Positions 30,920 through 43,708 of a DNA stretch of 64,000 bases are shown here, in pieces. The first letter of the stretch is position 1. The number at the start of each line of letters is the position of its first letter. Location of the stretch: the NCBI RefSeq assembly GCF_003019035.1, contig NZ_CP027447.1. One strand, given 5' to 3'. Below the pieces are notes generated by a model. The model was not told the DNA's origin. It did not search any database and worked only from the letters and a program-made list of their open reading frames with translations. The translations under genes and the position numbers were made by a program. This DNA comes from Escherichia coli. Its GTDB lineage: Bacteria > Pseudomonadota > Gammaproteobacteria > Enterobacterales > Enterobacteriaceae.

Positions 30920-31837
30920 TTAATGTGCATGACCGCGCATTTTCGCTACTGCTTTCACTCCCAGCACCACGATGCCGCCGATGATAAATCCAAGAATCAG
31001 ATTTAAAACAGTCGGTAATATCATCGCCACCACTGCACTTTGCTGCCCGGCGATATGTTCAATAGCGTGATGCAGCGGCGCAATACCATGTACCACAATC
31101 CCGCCGCCGACGAGGAACATCGCCAGCGTGCCGACAATCGATAATGCTTTCATCAGCCAGGGCGCGATAATCAATAACCCTTTACCTAATGCCTGCATCA
31201 GCGCGCTGGATTTTTCCGCCAGCCAATACCCCAGGTCATCAATCTTAACGATAACCCCTACCAGACCGTAGACGCCCACGGTCACTACCAGCGCGATGCC
31301 TGAAAGCACCAGCACCTGATTAAGCAACGGCGCCTCTGCCACAATCCCCAGCGTGATGGCGACGATTTCCGCAGACAAAATAAAATCGGTACGAATCGCC
31401 CCTTTAATTTTGTCCTTTTCAAACTTCAGCGGATCCTGCGCCGCCAGCTTCTCCAGACGCTGCTGGCTCTGCGCTGGATCTTCTTTATGTTTACGCGCCT
31501 CCAGCATATGCAGCACTTTCTCTACCCCTTCAAAGCAGAGAAACGCGCCACCAATCATCAACAGTGGCGTAATCGCCCACGGGATAAACGCACTGATGAT
31601 CAGCGCCAGCGGCACCAGAATCACTTTATTGATCAGCGATCCTTTCGCCACGCCCCAGACCACGGGAAGTTCCCGGTTGGCCCGCACGCCTGAAACTTGT
31701 TGCGCATTGAGCGATAAATCATCCCCTAATACACCGGCGGTTTTCTTCGCCGCCAGTTTGCCCATCACGGAGATATCGTCCAGCAGTGTGGCGATATCAT
31801 CGAGCAACGTCAGTAAACTACTCCCGGCCAAAAGCAT
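30920..31837 (-). CDS. yedI: DUF808-family inner membrane protein
   Basis: 305 aa. Confidence 0.92.
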   Translation of the reverse strand: MLLAGSSLLTLLDDIATLLDDISVMGKLAAKKTAGVLGDDLSLNAQQVSGVRANRELPVVWGVAKGSLINKVILVPLALIISAFIPWAITPLLMIGGAFLCFEGVEKVLHMLEARKHKEDPAQSQQRLEKLAAQDPLKFEKDKIKGAIRTDFILSAEIVAITLGIVAEAPLLNQVLVLSGIALVVTVGVYGLVGVIVKIDDLGYWLAEKSSALMQALGKGLLIIAPWLMKALSIVGTLAMFLVGGGIVVHGIAPLHHAIEHIAGQQSAVVAMILPTVLNLILGFIIGGIVVLGVKAVAKMRGHAH

Positions 31838-32009
31838 TCCCTCTCATTTTTATTGTTGAAGGGTGTAAGTATGAAGCAAAAACGGCAGCTCTGATACTTG
31901 CTTCACAGATCAACATTTATTTAACAATCAAGTGCAATTATATCTCTCGCCAGCAGAATGATTTTCACGTTTACTATGACCCACCTTTTTATTTCCACCG
32001 TGAGGGATT

Positions 32010-32930
32010 ATGCGTTTCCGCCAGTTGTTACCGCTTTTTGGCGCGCTGTTTGCGTTGTATATCATTTGGGGCTCAACCTATTTTGTCATTCGGATTGGCG
32101 TGGAAAGCTGGCCGCCGTTAATGATGGCGGGCGTGCGATTCCTGGCAGCCGGTATTTTATTGCTGGCATTTTTGCTACTGCGCGGACACAAACTTCCCCC
32201 GCTACGTCCGCTGCTCAATGCCGCGCTGATTGGCCTGTTATTGCTGGCTGTCGGTAATGGCATGGTGACGGTTGCCGAACATCAAAATGTTCCTTCCGGC
32301 ATCGCCGCCGTTGTGGTTGCAACCGTGCCCCTCTTTACCCTGTGCTTCAGCCGCCTGTTTGGCATTAAAACGCGCAAACTGGAATGGGTGGGTATCGCCA
32401 TTGGGCTTGCCGGAATCATCATGCTCAATAGCGGTGGAAATTTAAGCGGCAATCCGTGGGGCGCGATTCTGATTTTAATCGGCTCGATTAGCTGGGCGTT
32501 TGGCTCGGTTTATGGCTCGCGCATTACATTACCTGTAGGGATGATGGCGGGTGCGATTGAGATGCTGGCGGCTGGCGTGGTGTTAATGATTGCGTCGATG
32601 ATTGCGGGTGAAAAACTAACGGCGCTCCCTTCCCTGTCAGGCTTCCTTGCGGTCGGCTATCTGGCGCTGTTTGGTTCGATTATCGCCATTAACGCTTATA
32701 TGTATTTAATCCGCAACGTCAGTCCGGCTCTCGCCACCAGCTACGCCTACGTTAACCCGGTGGTCGCGGTCTTGCTGGGTACGGGACTGGGTGGCGAAAC
32801 GCTGTCGAAGATTGAATGGCTGGCGCTCGGCGTAATTGTTTTCGCGGTGGTACTGGTCACGTTGGGAAAATATCTCTTCCCGGCCAAACCCGTTGTCGCG
32901 CCAGTTATTCAGGATGCATCAAGCGAGTAA
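32010..32930 (+). CDS. yedA: EamA/DMT-family transporter
   Basis: 306 aa, ten predicted TM helices. Confidence 0.93.
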   Translation: MRFRQLLPLFGALFALYIIWGSTYFVIRIGVESWPPLMMAGVRFLAAGILLLAFLLLRGHKLPPLRPLLNAALIGLLLLAVGNGMVTVAEHQNVPSGIAAVVVATVPLFTLCFSRLFGIKTRKLEWVGIAIGLAGIIMLNSGGNLSGNPWGAILILIGSISWAFGSVYGSRITLPVGMMAGAIEMLAAGVVLMIASMIAGEKLTALPSLSGFLAVGYLALFGSIIAINAYMYLIRNVSPALATSYAYVNPVVAVLLGTGLGGETLSKIEWLALGVIVFAVVLVTLGKYLFPAKPVVAPVIQDASSE

Positions 32931-33389
32931 ATGAATCCCCTGCGTGTCGATCTGCGCGCTGGCACCTTCGCCGCAGATCCACTCTTCCAGACGCTCGGTA
33001 AGCGCCGCATCCGTCAGCTTCTCGCGCCCACGTAACGCACACTCCCAGACAATCAGTACGCGCCAGCCGAGTTCCTGCAAGCGACTGATATCGCGGCGAT
33101 CGCGTTCAACATTTTTACCTATCTTCTCCAGCCAGAACTCGGTTCGAGTCGCTGGCACTTTAAACAGATAGCAGTGATGATGATGCCAGAAGCAGCCGTG
33201 GGTAAATATCACGCAGCGATATTCATCAACGACAAAATCCGGGCGTCCGGGGAGATCCGCGTCCTGAACGCGAAACGCCAGGCCCTGCCCGGTTAACAAA
33301 CTGGCGAGGCGCTTCTCAATCGCCGTATCACGCGTGGCAATCGCGCGCATATTTTTGCTACGAGTGGCCTTATCGTGAACGTCGGCCAT
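32919..33389 (-). CDS. vsr: very-short-patch-repair endonuclease
   Basis: ORF trimmed to [17 protein letters not shown], 156 aa; start overlaps 3-prime end of dcm. Confidence 0.93.
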   Translation of the reverse strand: MADVHDKATRSKNMRAIATRDTAIEKRLASLLTGQGLAFRVQDADLPGRPDFVVDEYRCVIFTHGCFWHHHHCYLFKVPATRTEFWLEKIGKNVERDRRDISRLQELGWRVLIVWECALRGREKLTDAALTERLEEWICGEGASAQIDTQGIHLLA

Positions 33390-34788
33390 GTTGTGCCTCT
33401 TGCTGACGCAACGCCACCGCCTGTTTGATTTTTGGCTCAAGCAGTTTTGCCACCGCGGCAAAGACCGGCACGACCACCGAGTTACCGAACTGGCGATAGG
33501 CCTGAGTGTCCGAAACCGGAATGCGGAATTTCACTTCTCCTGGCGCTTCAAAACCCATTAAGCGCGCACATTCCCGAGGCGTTAACCGACGTGGGCGATG
33601 TTGCTGATTCAGCGGATCGTCAAAGTCTTTCTCACCCGTTGCCATATCCCAGCCGCGGTCGATTAAAATTTCCGCGCCATCTTTGTAATAACGCGCAGAC
33701 AGTGTACGGGTGACGCTTTGCGGATTGTTCGGATAAACCATTCCATAGCCGAAGCCGTTACCGCGCGCCTGATGTTTTTTCGCATATCGATAGAGGTACT
33801 TCCACAGCACCGGCGTCAGGATATATTTCGCCTCGACCATCGGGTCCAGCAGCTGGGCCAGCGTCACTCGCTGCGCAGGGAAACATTCGCTGATATCACG
33901 CAGGGTAAAATCGGCTTTCAGATTCAGATCGCGACGAAAACCCACCAGCACGATGCGTTCACGGTGCTGCGGCAGGAAATGTTTGCCATCGATGATTTTC
34001 GGATCGTCCGGCCCGTTATCTTCTGCATCAGCCACGTCATAGCCCAGTTCGTCCAGCGTCTGCATGATGATGCGGAACGTTTTACCCTGGTCGTGACTTT
34101 TCAGGTTTTTGACGTTTTCGAGCACAAACATCGCCGGACGACGCGCGTCGATAATGCGCACCACATCAAAGAACAGCGTGCCCTGGGTATCGCAGGCAAA
34201 ACCGTGCGCCCGCCCGAGCGAGTTCTTTTTCGATACGCCAGCCAGCGAAAATGGCTGACAAGGAAAACCCGCCAGTAATACATCGTGTTCAGGAATGTGT
34301 TGACGAATATGTTCCGCCGCCGCCTCATCACTCACGCCTTCTTTATGGCTGAGGGTGATGTCGCGGATATCTTCATTAAAATGATGCGTCGCCGGGTCGC
34401 AATAATGATTGGCTTTATAAGTGCGTACCGCATGTTTGTTCCATTCGCTGGTAAAGACGCACTGTCCGCCAATCGATTCAAAACCGCGACGGATGCCGCC
34501 AATTCCGGCAAATAGATCGATAAAGCGAAACGCATAATGCGGATGATGTGCCGGTGGTTTGGGTAACAACGTTTGCAGATGGGCGAACTCTTTCTCACTT
34601 AAACGGTGCCATACCGAGTCATTCGCCAGCGCACGTTTTAAAATTGCCGCGCTCCAGTGATTCTCACCCACACCATTAAGCTGCGCCACCAGCGTTTTAA
34701 CATCATAAATTTGCAGCAGTTTCTCCAGCATTGCCTGTGCGGCATTCCCGGTGCTGTATGAATCGGTTACTGATATATTTTCCTGCAT
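33370..34788 (-). CDS. dcm: DNA-cytosine C5 methyltransferase
   Basis: 472 aa with PC catalytic motif (GFPCQPFS) and ENV motif. Confidence 0.95.
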   Translation of the reverse strand: MQENISVTDSYSTGNAAQAMLEKLLQIYDVKTLVAQLNGVGENHWSAAILKRALANDSVWHRLSEKEFAHLQTLLPKPPAHHPHYAFRFIDLFAGIGGIRRGFESIGGQCVFTSEWNKHAVRTYKANHYCDPATHHFNEDIRDITLSHKEGVSDEAAAEHIRQHIPEHDVLLAGFPCQPFSLAGVSKKNSLGRAHGFACDTQGTLFFDVVRIIDARRPAMFVLENVKNLKSHDQGKTFRIIMQTLDELGYDVADAEDNGPDDPKIIDGKHFLPQHRERIVLVGFRRDLNLKADFTLRDISECFPAQRVTLAQLLDPMVEAKYILTPVLWKYLYRYAKKHQARGNGFGYGMVYPNNPQSVTRTLSARYYKDGAEILIDRGWDMATGEKDFDDPLNQQHRPRRLTPRECARLMGFEAPGEVKFRIPVSDTQAYRQFGNSVVVPVFAAVAKLLEPKIKQAVALRQQEAQHGRRSR

Positions 34789-34854
34789 AGATTTAACCGG
34801 CCATCTGAGATGGCCGACAGGTTAACATAATTACAGCCATTTAGGGCCACGCGC

Positions 34855-35550
34855 TCAGCCCGCGGGTGAAAACGCATCTATCACCTTGTGATCGACACCT
34901 TCATTCTCCCCCGCCAGTTCGGCACTGAGCTTCGCCATAAACTCGACTAAAAATTGCGCGTTGTGCTGCGCCAGCTGCTTGCCTCTTGCGGTTTGCATGG
35001 TTTGCGGTAGCTTCAGCAACTTAGTCTGGAAATGATCCAGCGCGTAGCGTTTATCATCAAGCGGACGATGCTGTGCGAACGGATCTTCACCATCAAACAG
35101 CGCCACGCCCAATGCCCCTGAAACGGCAAACACGCGCGCCAGGCCAATCGCCCCCAGGGCTTCCAGCCGATCCGCATCCTGGACGATTTTAGCTTCCGTT
35201 GTTAAGGGGGCGATTTGCGCGCTGAAACTGTGAGCGGCAATGGCATGACAAACGGCCTCGATTTTCTCCGCCGGAAATTGCACGAACTCTTCACGGAGCA
35301 GGCGACGCGTCTCTTCTGCCGCCAGGATTGAAGAACGCTGCCGTTGTGGATGATCTTTCGCCAGGCTCACAATATCGTGAAAATAACAGGCGGTTAAAAT
35401 CACCAGCATATCGACATCGTCATCTGCCGCCAGCTTCTGTGCCGTAGCCCAGACGCGGCGAAAATGACATACGTCATGGGCCGCGTCCTGGTGCTGATGA
35501 TGGTTTTTTAACCAGTTTTCGAACTGTGCCTGCCAGTGTTGTAAGTCCAT
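34855..35550 (-). CDS. yedJ: HD-domain phosphohydrolase
   Basis: ORF trimmed to ATG at 35550 ([10 protein letters not shown]); HD motif present. Confidence 0.9.
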   Translation of the reverse strand: MDLQHWQAQFENWLKNHHQHQDAAHDVCHFRRVWATAQKLAADDDVDMLVILTACYFHDIVSLAKDHPQRQRSSILAAEETRRLLREEFVQFPAEKIEAVCHAIAAHSFSAQIAPLTTEAKIVQDADRLEALGAIGLARVFAVSGALGVALFDGEDPFAQHRPLDDKRYALDHFQTKLLKLPQTMQTARGKQLAQHNAQFLVEFMAKLSAELAGENEGVDHKVIDAFSPAG

Positions 35551-35589
35551 ACGCGCTCCGTTGCCAAAGAGTCGCAACCTTAGCAGTTT

Positions 35590-35955
35590 TTATTCATAGC
35601 GTCTGCTACGTGCGGGACGAGGTCGGGTGTACCAGGCAATGCTGCCTAACAATGCCCCGACCAGAGCCATAAATAAAAAGCCGACCAGTGCCCCTAACCA
35701 CTTTCCCGCGGTAGAGCCTAAATCGCTTTCAAATCCCGACACGGGGGCATCGGGGATCCGGCTCATCACCCAGATGTAACGCGCCATTGCCCAGACGAAA
35801 TAGCCACACCATGTATAGAAAGCCCACAAAGCCAGTTTGCCACCAGGACTGCGAGAGAGTCTCTCTTCCATCTTTGTCGAACCGTATTCCATTTTGAGAT
35901 AACCCGGAAAATTCAGACTTAGTACTATTATGTGATAAAAGTCACATTTTTCCAC
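35590..35955 (-). CDS. yedR: inner membrane protein YedR
   Basis: two predicted TM helices; start uncertain (GTG 35955 chosen, TTG 35973 possible). Confidence 0.8.
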   Translation of the reverse strand: MEKCDFYHIIVLSLNFPGYLKMEYGSTKMEERLSRSPGGKLALWAFYTWCGYFVWAMARYIWVMSRIPDAPVSGFESDLGSTAGKWLGALVGFLFMALVGALLGSIAWYTRPRPARSRRYE

Positions 35956-36185
35956 ATTGGATGAGCCAGTCAAGACTCAATCATTTTTTGAACAAATAGA
36001 TAATTTTTGCGCAACGGCAATAATTACCGGAAAAACAGCAATAAAGATTTATTATTATCTATGGTAATGGTTTTATTAATTCACCTAAACAATATATTAG
36101 CACCGAATTCAATTATACCTTTTTTGATTTCTGTGTCATGATAACCCCGTTATTAGCCTTTTATCGTCTTGTTTATATTTTTTGG

Positions 36186-36209
36186 GCCGGCATGATGCCG
36201 GCTTTTTTT
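36186..36209 (+). terminator. orphan intrinsic terminator-like hairpin
   Basis: gccggcatgatgccggc followed by seven T on the plus strand; no annotated plus-strand gene upstream. Confidence 0.4.
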
Positions 36210-36371
36210 ATGTCTTCATTAATGTGCGCGTGATCACATCAGCCGTTTAGCGCAGCAATCATTGATACTTCCTATCTTTCCAATCAACTCATAACATATT
36301 GATATATATTCATAATCTTCATGAATATTTATATCTAGAATTCATAATTTTGAATTATATTAAATAGATTA

Positions 36372-36412
36372 GAAACATTTTGAAATCTTTTAAATACATT
36401 TGTTACATGTAA
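36372..36412 (+). promoter_or_regulatory. OmpR-box-like AT-rich repeats upstream of the porin gene
   Basis: gaaacattttgaaatcttttaaatacatttgttacatgtaat resembles ompC/ompF OmpR sites (TTTACATTTTGAAACATCTA-type); by eye only. Confidence 0.35.
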
Positions 36413-36520
36413 TCCTTAAAATAAAATGAACTTCATAGAATAGTATCCAAATGTGCTTTTTTTTGGATAACGGCACTTATTGATATATTCATGAAGATTA
36501 TAATCACAAGGGAATACATA

Positions 36521-37636
36521 ATGAAAAGAAAAGTTCTGGCAATGCTGGTCCCGGCGTTATTAGTTGCTGGCGCAGCAAATGCGGCTGAAATTTATAATAA
36601 AGATGGCAATAAAGTTGATTTCTACGGCAAGATGGTTGGCGAACGCATCTGGTCAAATACTGATGATAATAACAGCGAAAACGAAGATACATCCTATGCT
36701 CGTTTCGGTGTTAAAGGTGAAACCCAAATCACCAGCGAACTGACTGGTTTCGGTCAGTTTGAATACAACCTCGACGCCAGCAAACCTGAAGGTGAAAACC
36801 AGGAAAAAACCCGTTTAACCTTCGCCGGTTTGAAATATAACGAGTTAGGATCATTTGACTATGGCCGTAACTACGGTGTTGCTTATGATGCCGCAGCTTA
36901 TACCGATATGTTAGTTGAATGGGGTGGCGATTCCTGGGCTTCCGCTGACAACTTCATGAATGGTCGTACCAACGGTGTTGCAACCTACCGTAACTATGAT
37001 TTCTTTGGCCTGGTTGATGGTCTTGATTTTGCGATTCAGTACCAAGGCAAAAACAGCAACCGTAGCACTAAGAAACAAAATGGTGACGGCTATGCGTTGT
37101 CTGTAGACTATAACATCAATGGTTTTGGTATCGTTGGTGCATATAGCAAATCTGATCGCACCAACGATCAAGTTGCCGATGGAAACGGTTCAAATGCTGA
37201 ACTGTGGTCATTGGCTGCAAAGTATGACGCGAACAATGTCTACGCAGCTGTAATGTACGGTGAAACTCGTAATATGACTCCGGGTTCTATTGATACAGGT
37301 GTTGCCGATCGAGAAGGCAATACAATAATGCGTGATCAACTTATCAATGAAACCCAGAACTTTGAAGCGGTTGTTCAGTATCAATTCGACTTTGGTCTGC
37401 GTCCGTCCTTAGGTTATGTGTATTCTAAAGGTAAAGATATCAAAGGTGTACCTGGACATAGATATGTTGACGCTGACCGTGTGAACTACATTGAAGTTGG
37501 TACCTGGTACTACTTCAATAAGAACATGAACGTTTATACTGCATACAAATTCAACATGCTGGATAAAGATGACGCCGCCATTACTGGCGCAGCAGCTGAT
37601 GACCAGTTTGCAGTTGGTATCGTCTACCAGTTCTAA
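36521..37636 (+). CDS. yedS: OmpC/OmpF/PhoE-family general porin (yedS position, intact)
   Basis: signal peptide [22 protein letters not shown]-terminal ...VGIVYQF; 371 aa from ATG 36521 with SD aaggga. Confidence 0.88.
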   Translation: MKRKVLAMLVPALLVAGAANAAEIYNKDGNKVDFYGKMVGERIWSNTDDNNSENEDTSYARFGVKGETQITSELTGFGQFEYNLDASKPEGENQEKTRLTFAGLKYNELGSFDYGRNYGVAYDAAAYTDMLVEWGGDSWASADNFMNGRTNGVATYRNYDFFGLVDGLDFAIQYQGKNSNRSTKKQNGDGYALSVDYNINGFGIVGAYSKSDRTNDQVADGNGSNAELWSLAAKYDANNVYAAVMYGETRNMTPGSIDTGVADREGNTIMRDQLINETQNFEAVVQYQFDFGLRPSLGYVYSKGKDIKGVPGHRYVDADRVNYIEVGTWYYFNKNMNVYTAYKFNMLDKDDAAITGAAADDQFAVGIVYQF

Positions 37637-37678
37637 TCAGCCAACGCGCCGCGGCGTGTTACTGTAAAACTTAACAAT

Positions 37679-37716
37679 AGCCTGAGTTCGTCCCTCATCG
37701 AACTCAGGCTTTTTTA
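37679..37716 (+). terminator. intrinsic terminator of the porin gene
   Basis: 12-bp stem agcctgagttcg / cgaactcaggct followed by a T-run. Confidence 0.65.
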
Positions 37717-38227
37717 TTGGCATTTCATCTCGATCTGCGGCGCACGCAATTGCCAAAGCATATCGATACAGCACCTTACCCCGCCCCCCTGGCTCAATAA
37801 AATCTACCAGCGTCTCTTCCAGCCAACACCCAAATGCATTTCTTTATAAATTTAATCTGTAACAAAACCGCTTCCCATATAGAAATATTTGCAAAAATAG
37901 TGCATGAAAAAAGCTTTTTCTCTGCCAATCCGGGATATAAATATTCATCCGTACCACAATATTCCACAGCACTAAATCTCTCCCCGCCCCCCCGGACTTC
38001 TGATAATGGTCTAAAATCATTGAGGCCACTTGCGACGACGTTGCTCAATAAGGAAAATTTGGCGTGAATAATATTCAACACCAGTGCAGCATCATCATTA
38101 CATACTTACACCCGCCGACTACCGCTTTCGATATATTGACTCAATTTTCCAGCCTGGTTAAAAATAGCGACCAGCTCAGTCGCAAATATAGTGACTACCC
38201 TAACTAAGCAACAATAAGGAATACACT

Positions 38228-39079
38228 ATGACTGTTCAAAAAAGTAAAAATCCGCAGGTCGATATTGCTGAAGATAATGCATTCTTCCCTTCAGAATATT
38301 CGCTTAGCCAATATACCAGTCCTGTCTCTGATCTTGATGGCGTGGACTATCCAAAACCGTATCGCGGTAAACATAAAATTCTGGTGATCGCCGCGGACGA
38401 ACGTTATTTGCCGACCGATAACGGCAAACTGTTTTCGACCGGTAACCATCCGATTGAAACGTTGCTGCCGTTGTATCATCTCCATGCTGCAGGTTTCGAA
38501 TTCGAAGTGGCGACCATTTCCGGTCTGATGACCAAGTTTGAATACTGGGCTATGCCGCACAAAGATGAAAAAGTAATGCCATTCTTTGAGCAGCATAAAT
38601 CGTTGTTCCGCAATCCGAAGAAACTCGCGGATGTTGTCGCCAGCCTCAACGCTGACAGCGAATATGCAGCAATCTTTGTTCCTGGTGGTCATGGCGCACT
38701 TATTGGTTTACCTGAAAGCCAGGACGTAGCTGCCGCTTTACAGTGGGCAATCAAAAATGACCGTTTTGTTATCTCCCTTTGCCACGGCCCGGCGGCATTT
38801 CTGGCGCTTCGCCACGGCGATAACCCACTGAATGGTTATTCCATTTGCGCATTCCCAGACGCCGCAGACAAACAAACGCCAGAGATAGGCTATATGCCGG
38901 GTCATCTCACCTGGTACTTCGGCGAAGAGCTGAAGAAAATGGGCATGAACATCATTAATGACGACATCACCGGGCGAGTACATAAGGACCGTAAAGTTCT
39001 CACCGGCGACAGTCCTTTCGCAGCGAATGCGTTGGGTAAACTGGCGGCGCAGGAAATGCTGGCCGCTTACGCGAGTTAA
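38228..39079 (+). CDS. hchA: Hsp31 glyoxalase / chaperone (DJ-1/PfpI family)
   Basis: 283 aa. Confidence 0.95.
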   Translation: MTVQKSKNPQVDIAEDNAFFPSEYSLSQYTSPVSDLDGVDYPKPYRGKHKILVIAADERYLPTDNGKLFSTGNHPIETLLPLYHLHAAGFEFEVATISGLMTKFEYWAMPHKDEKVMPFFEQHKSLFRNPKKLADVVASLNADSEYAAIFVPGGHGALIGLPESQDVAAALQWAIKNDRFVISLCHGPAAFLALRHGDNPLNGYSICAFPDAADKQTPEIGYMPGHLTWYFGEELKKMGMNIINDDITGRVHKDRKVLTGDSPFAANALGKLAAQEMLAAYAS

Positions 39080-39186
39080 TCCCTGTTACATTGTAATGTA
39101 AGCGCATAATCAATCGCAGCCACGTTAATACTCACGACGTGGCTGCGTTTTTTCATGGTTAATTTATGGCGTACTGAAGCCCTATG

Positions 39187-40545
39187 TTAATTTCTTTGCG
39201 GTAACGTAATCCGGAACACATTATGCTTATTGAGATAGTGATACGTAGCACTTCCCCCATGCAATTCGGCAATCGCTTTGACTAAAGAAAGACCAAGTCC
39301 CTGACCTACGGAATGACGCGAATTATCTCCCCGCCAAAATCTACGGAAGAGTTTTTCAGGCTCATGAATTTTCGTTCCAGGACTGGCGATATCAATATTA
39401 AGAGAACCGTTGGTATCAAGAAAACTGGTTATCTGAATACGCGATTTTTCTGGCGAATATCGAATAGCGTTAACAATAAGATTCGATAACATTCGTTGCA
39501 GTAAAATTTTATCCGCAAAGATTTGCTGATTGCACTCGACCTTAAAGCAAATCTCTTTCTCGTCTGAAAGGTATTCAAGATAGTCCAACAAATTTTCGAC
39601 TTCCTTATTGAGAGAAAGCGAGTCCAGTTTCACCAAAACATTATTTTTATCTGCCCTGGCAAGAAACAGTATGTTCTCTGTTAACCGCGAAATATTTTCC
39701 AGCTCTTCAATGTTTCCGGCAATTGTTTTTTGATATTCAGCGATACTTCTGGTTTGACTGAGCGTAACCTGATTCTGACCCAGTAATGCATTAATTGGCG
39801 TTCTAAGTTCATGAGCGAGATCGTCAGCAAACTGACTTAGACGCTCAAAATCTTTGACTAAAGCTTGGTGCATTTTATTCAACGCCTGCCCAAGAGGTTT
39901 TAGTTCTCTCGGTAATGCGCTAACCTCAACAGGCTCCCGGTTATCGTTATAATTCAGCGCTTCCGTTACACCACTCAACTTTTTGATCTCTCGTAACCCC
40001 GTTCTGATTAACAACGGACTTAATACTGAGCACAGTATAATGGCAACAATGCAAATTATAATGCTATTAATTTTATACTGTTCAAGCATGTTATGTCTGG
40101 CTGAAGCCAATTTAGCCACAGTAACCGTTAATGATGGCGAAACTTCATCAATATTAATTCGTAAAGCATCTATCTCTGTGTCATTAATAATGCTTCTGTA
40201 AATGCCAGCTGCGCTGATTGTCTCACTAGCAGGTATGTTATTTAACATGCCATCACTGACATTTGTCCGGTTAACAATTTTATTGATGCCATCACCATGA
40301 ATGAGCAAGATATCCTGACTAACATCCATCATCCGGTTAAAGTACACAGGTAACGTATCTGGATTTACCCCATCAATTAACAACTGCTTGATCTGCGCTG
40401 TCCGGTTAATGAGTGTTGTATCATCGCGCCATTTCAACTCACTTGCCAGGCCATTATAGAGAGTCCAGACAATTCCAGCGCCAGCAACAGACAGCAGCAA
40501 TATAAAAAGCAAGGTTAAACGGACGGTTATAGATAATCTTTTCAT
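39187..40545 (-). CDS. hprS: two-component sensor histidine kinase
   Basis: 452 aa; His-kinase H-box HELRTP. Confidence 0.93.
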   Translation of the reverse strand: MKRLSITVRLTLLFILLLSVAGAGIVWTLYNGLASELKWRDDTTLINRTAQIKQLLIDGVNPDTLPVYFNRMMDVSQDILLIHGDGINKIVNRTNVSDGMLNNIPASETISAAGIYRSIINDTEIDALRINIDEVSPSLTVTVAKLASARHNMLEQYKINSIIICIVAIILCSVLSPLLIRTGLREIKKLSGVTEALNYNDNREPVEVSALPRELKPLGQALNKMHQALVKDFERLSQFADDLAHELRTPINALLGQNQVTLSQTRSIAEYQKTIAGNIEELENISRLTENILFLARADKNNVLVKLDSLSLNKEVENLLDYLEYLSDEKEICFKVECNQQIFADKILLQRMLSNLIVNAIRYSPEKSRIQITSFLDTNGSLNIDIASPGTKIHEPEKLFRRFWRGDNSRHSVGQGLGLSLVKAIAELHGGSATYHYLNKHNVFRITLPQRN

Positions 40546-41216
40546 TATTTTTTTACCGCTACGAATGAATAGCCCATCCCCCGGATTGTGGCGATTAGCT
40601 TTTCAGGAAAAGGATCATCAACTTTTGCGCGGAGCCTGCGAATGGCGACGTCCACCGTATTGGTATCACTATCAAAGTTGATTCCCCAAATTTCACTCGC
40701 AATAACCGTTCTGGGGATAATCTCGCCAGCTCTGGAGGCCAGTAGCCAAAGTAACTGAAACTCCTTGCGCGTCAGTGTAATACTGATATTGTCCCTGCTC
40801 ACACTTTGACTAACAGAGTCCATTCTTAAGCCGCTGATTTCTAATGATGAATTCAGAGCGTGATGTTGCCTTAATTGTGCCCGAACCCTTGCCAGCAACT
40901 CAGAAAATGAAAAAGGTTTTACCAGATAATCATTTGCTCCACTGTCCAGCCCTCTGACTCTGTCATCGACAGAATCCCTTGCAGTAAGGCAAATAACAGG
41001 GGTTTGCTTTGCTGTTCTTAACGTTTGTAAGATCTGCCAGCCATCCATACCCGGAAGCATAATATCCAGAATGATCAATGCATAATCATCCTTCAGCGCA
41101 AGATAAAGCCCATCTCTGCCATCTGAAACGGCATCAATGACATAACCCGCTTCGGAAAGCCCCTGCGTTACCCATTCCTGGGTCCTTTGATTATCTTCAA
41201 TAAGTAGAATCTTCAT
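40545..41216 (-). CDS. hprR: OmpR-family response regulator
   Basis: ORF trimmed to MKILLIEDN, 223 aa. Confidence 0.93.
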   Translation of the reverse strand: MKILLIEDNQRTQEWVTQGLSEAGYVIDAVSDGRDGLYLALKDDYALIILDIMLPGMDGWQILQTLRTAKQTPVICLTARDSVDDRVRGLDSGANDYLVKPFSFSELLARVRAQLRQHHALNSSLEISGLRMDSVSQSVSRDNISITLTRKEFQLLWLLASRAGEIIPRTVIASEIWGINFDSDTNTVDVAIRRLRAKVDDPFPEKLIATIRGMGYSFVAVKK

Positions 41217-41348
41217 GAAAATAATATGCCATAAATCATATGTTATAGAAACAGCCTGGTTCATTACAAAATTGTAATGCTGCTGTAAGGTTACCCTGGA
41301 CGTTTTTTCGCTATCCTCAAAACTCATTCACATGACAAGGATATAAAC

Positions 41349-41762
41349 ATGTTAAAGCGTTATTTAGTACTCTCCGTAGTAACGGCTGCATTTTCATTAC
41401 CTTCTTTGGTCTATGCTGCACAACAAAACATTCTTAGCGTGCACATTTTGAACCAGCAAACAGGAAAACCCGCTGCCGACGTGACAGTCACTCTTGAAAA
41501 GAAAGCGGATAACGGCTGGTTACAACTTAATACCGCCAAAACAGATAAGGATGGACGAATTAAGGCACTGTGGCCCGAGCAAACTGCGACTACGGGCGAT
41601 TACCGTGTCGTATTTAAAACCGGGGACTATTTCAAGAAACAAAATCTTGAAAGTTTCTTCCCTGAGATCCCCGTTGAATTTCATATTAATAAAGTGAACG
41701 AGCATTATCATGTGCCTTTGTTACTCAGCCAATATGGGTATTCAACCTATCGTGGCAGTTAA
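41349..41762 (+). CDS. hiuH: 5-hydroxyisourate hydrolase (transthyretin-like)
   Basis: 137 aa with signal peptide and YRGS C terminus. Confidence 0.93.
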   Translation: MLKRYLVLSVVTAAFSLPSLVYAAQQNILSVHILNQQTGKPAADVTVTLEKKADNGWLQLNTAKTDKDGRIKALWPEQTATTGDYRVVFKTGDYFKKQNLESFFPEIPVEFHINKVNEHYHVPLLLSQYGYSTYRGS

Positions 41763-41864
41763 TGCGTAAATATGTAAAAGCTGATCTCTGCTACTGTTAG
41801 GGAGGTGACTCCCTGACAGATTAACAGTAAACGGCTCTTGTTGGCTAACGACAAAAAAGTGTGA

Positions 41865-42875
<1,011 letters not shown>

Positions 42876-43511
42876 ATGCGTCTGACAGCAAAACAGGTGA
42901 CATGGCTGAAAGTTTGCCTGCATCTTGCCGGATTGTTGCCGTTTCTCTGGCTGGTCTGGGCGATTAATCACGGTGGACTGGGTGCCGATCCGGTGAAAGA
43001 TATTCAGCATTTTACCGGTCGCACTGCACTGAAATTTTTGCTGGCGACCTTGTTAATCACACCTCTGGCACGCTACGCAAAACAGCCGTTATTGATACGC
43101 ACTCGCCGCCTGTTAGGATTATGGTGCTTTGCCTGGGCGACACTGCATTTAACCAGTTACGCATTGCTGGAGCTGGGCGTGAATAATCTGGCGTTATTAG
43201 GTAAGGAGTTAATTACCCGGCCTTATTTAACGTTAGGTATTATCAGCTGGGTAATTTTGCTTGCGTTAGCGTTCACTTCAACCCAGGCGATGCAGCGAAA
43301 ACTCGGCAAACACTGGCAACAGTTGCATAACTTCGTCTATCTTGTCGCGATCCTGGCCCCAATACATTATCTGTGGTCAGTGAAGATTATTTCACCGCAG
43401 CCACTCATCTACGCTGGGCTGGCTGTACTGCTTTTAGCCTTACGGTATAAGAAGTTGCTTTCCCTTTTCAACCGGTTACGCAAGCAGGTTCACAACAAAT
43501 TATCTCTATAA
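42876..43511 (+). CDS. msrQ: methionine sulfoxide reductase heme-binding membrane subunit
   Basis: 211 aa. Confidence 0.93.
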   Translation: MRLTAKQVTWLKVCLHLAGLLPFLWLVWAINHGGLGADPVKDIQHFTGRTALKFLLATLLITPLARYAKQPLLIRTRRLLGLWCFAWATLHLTSYALLELGVNNLALLGKELITRPYLTLGIISWVILLALAFTSTQAMQRKLGKHWQQLHNFVYLVAILAPIHYLWSVKIISPQPLIYAGLAVLLLALRYKKLLSLFNRLRKQVHNKLSL

Positions 43512-43544
43512 CTTGATATTGCCGACAAAGTACGCGTTATCCCT

Positions 43545-43577
43545 GCCGGATGCGGCGCGAGCGCCTTATCCGGCCCA
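43545..43577. repeat. REP element
   Basis: gccggatgcggcgcgagcgccttatccggcc. Confidence 0.7.
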
Positions 43578-43708
43578 CACAGATCGCATCAGGTTATGTT
43601 TCGTTTGTCATCAACCTCAAATCATCGACATAATTTATGTCATTTCAATAAGATAGGAAAATATACCTGAGGTAACTTTGCACTCGTTTCCTAAGAGTTG
43701 TTGCATTT

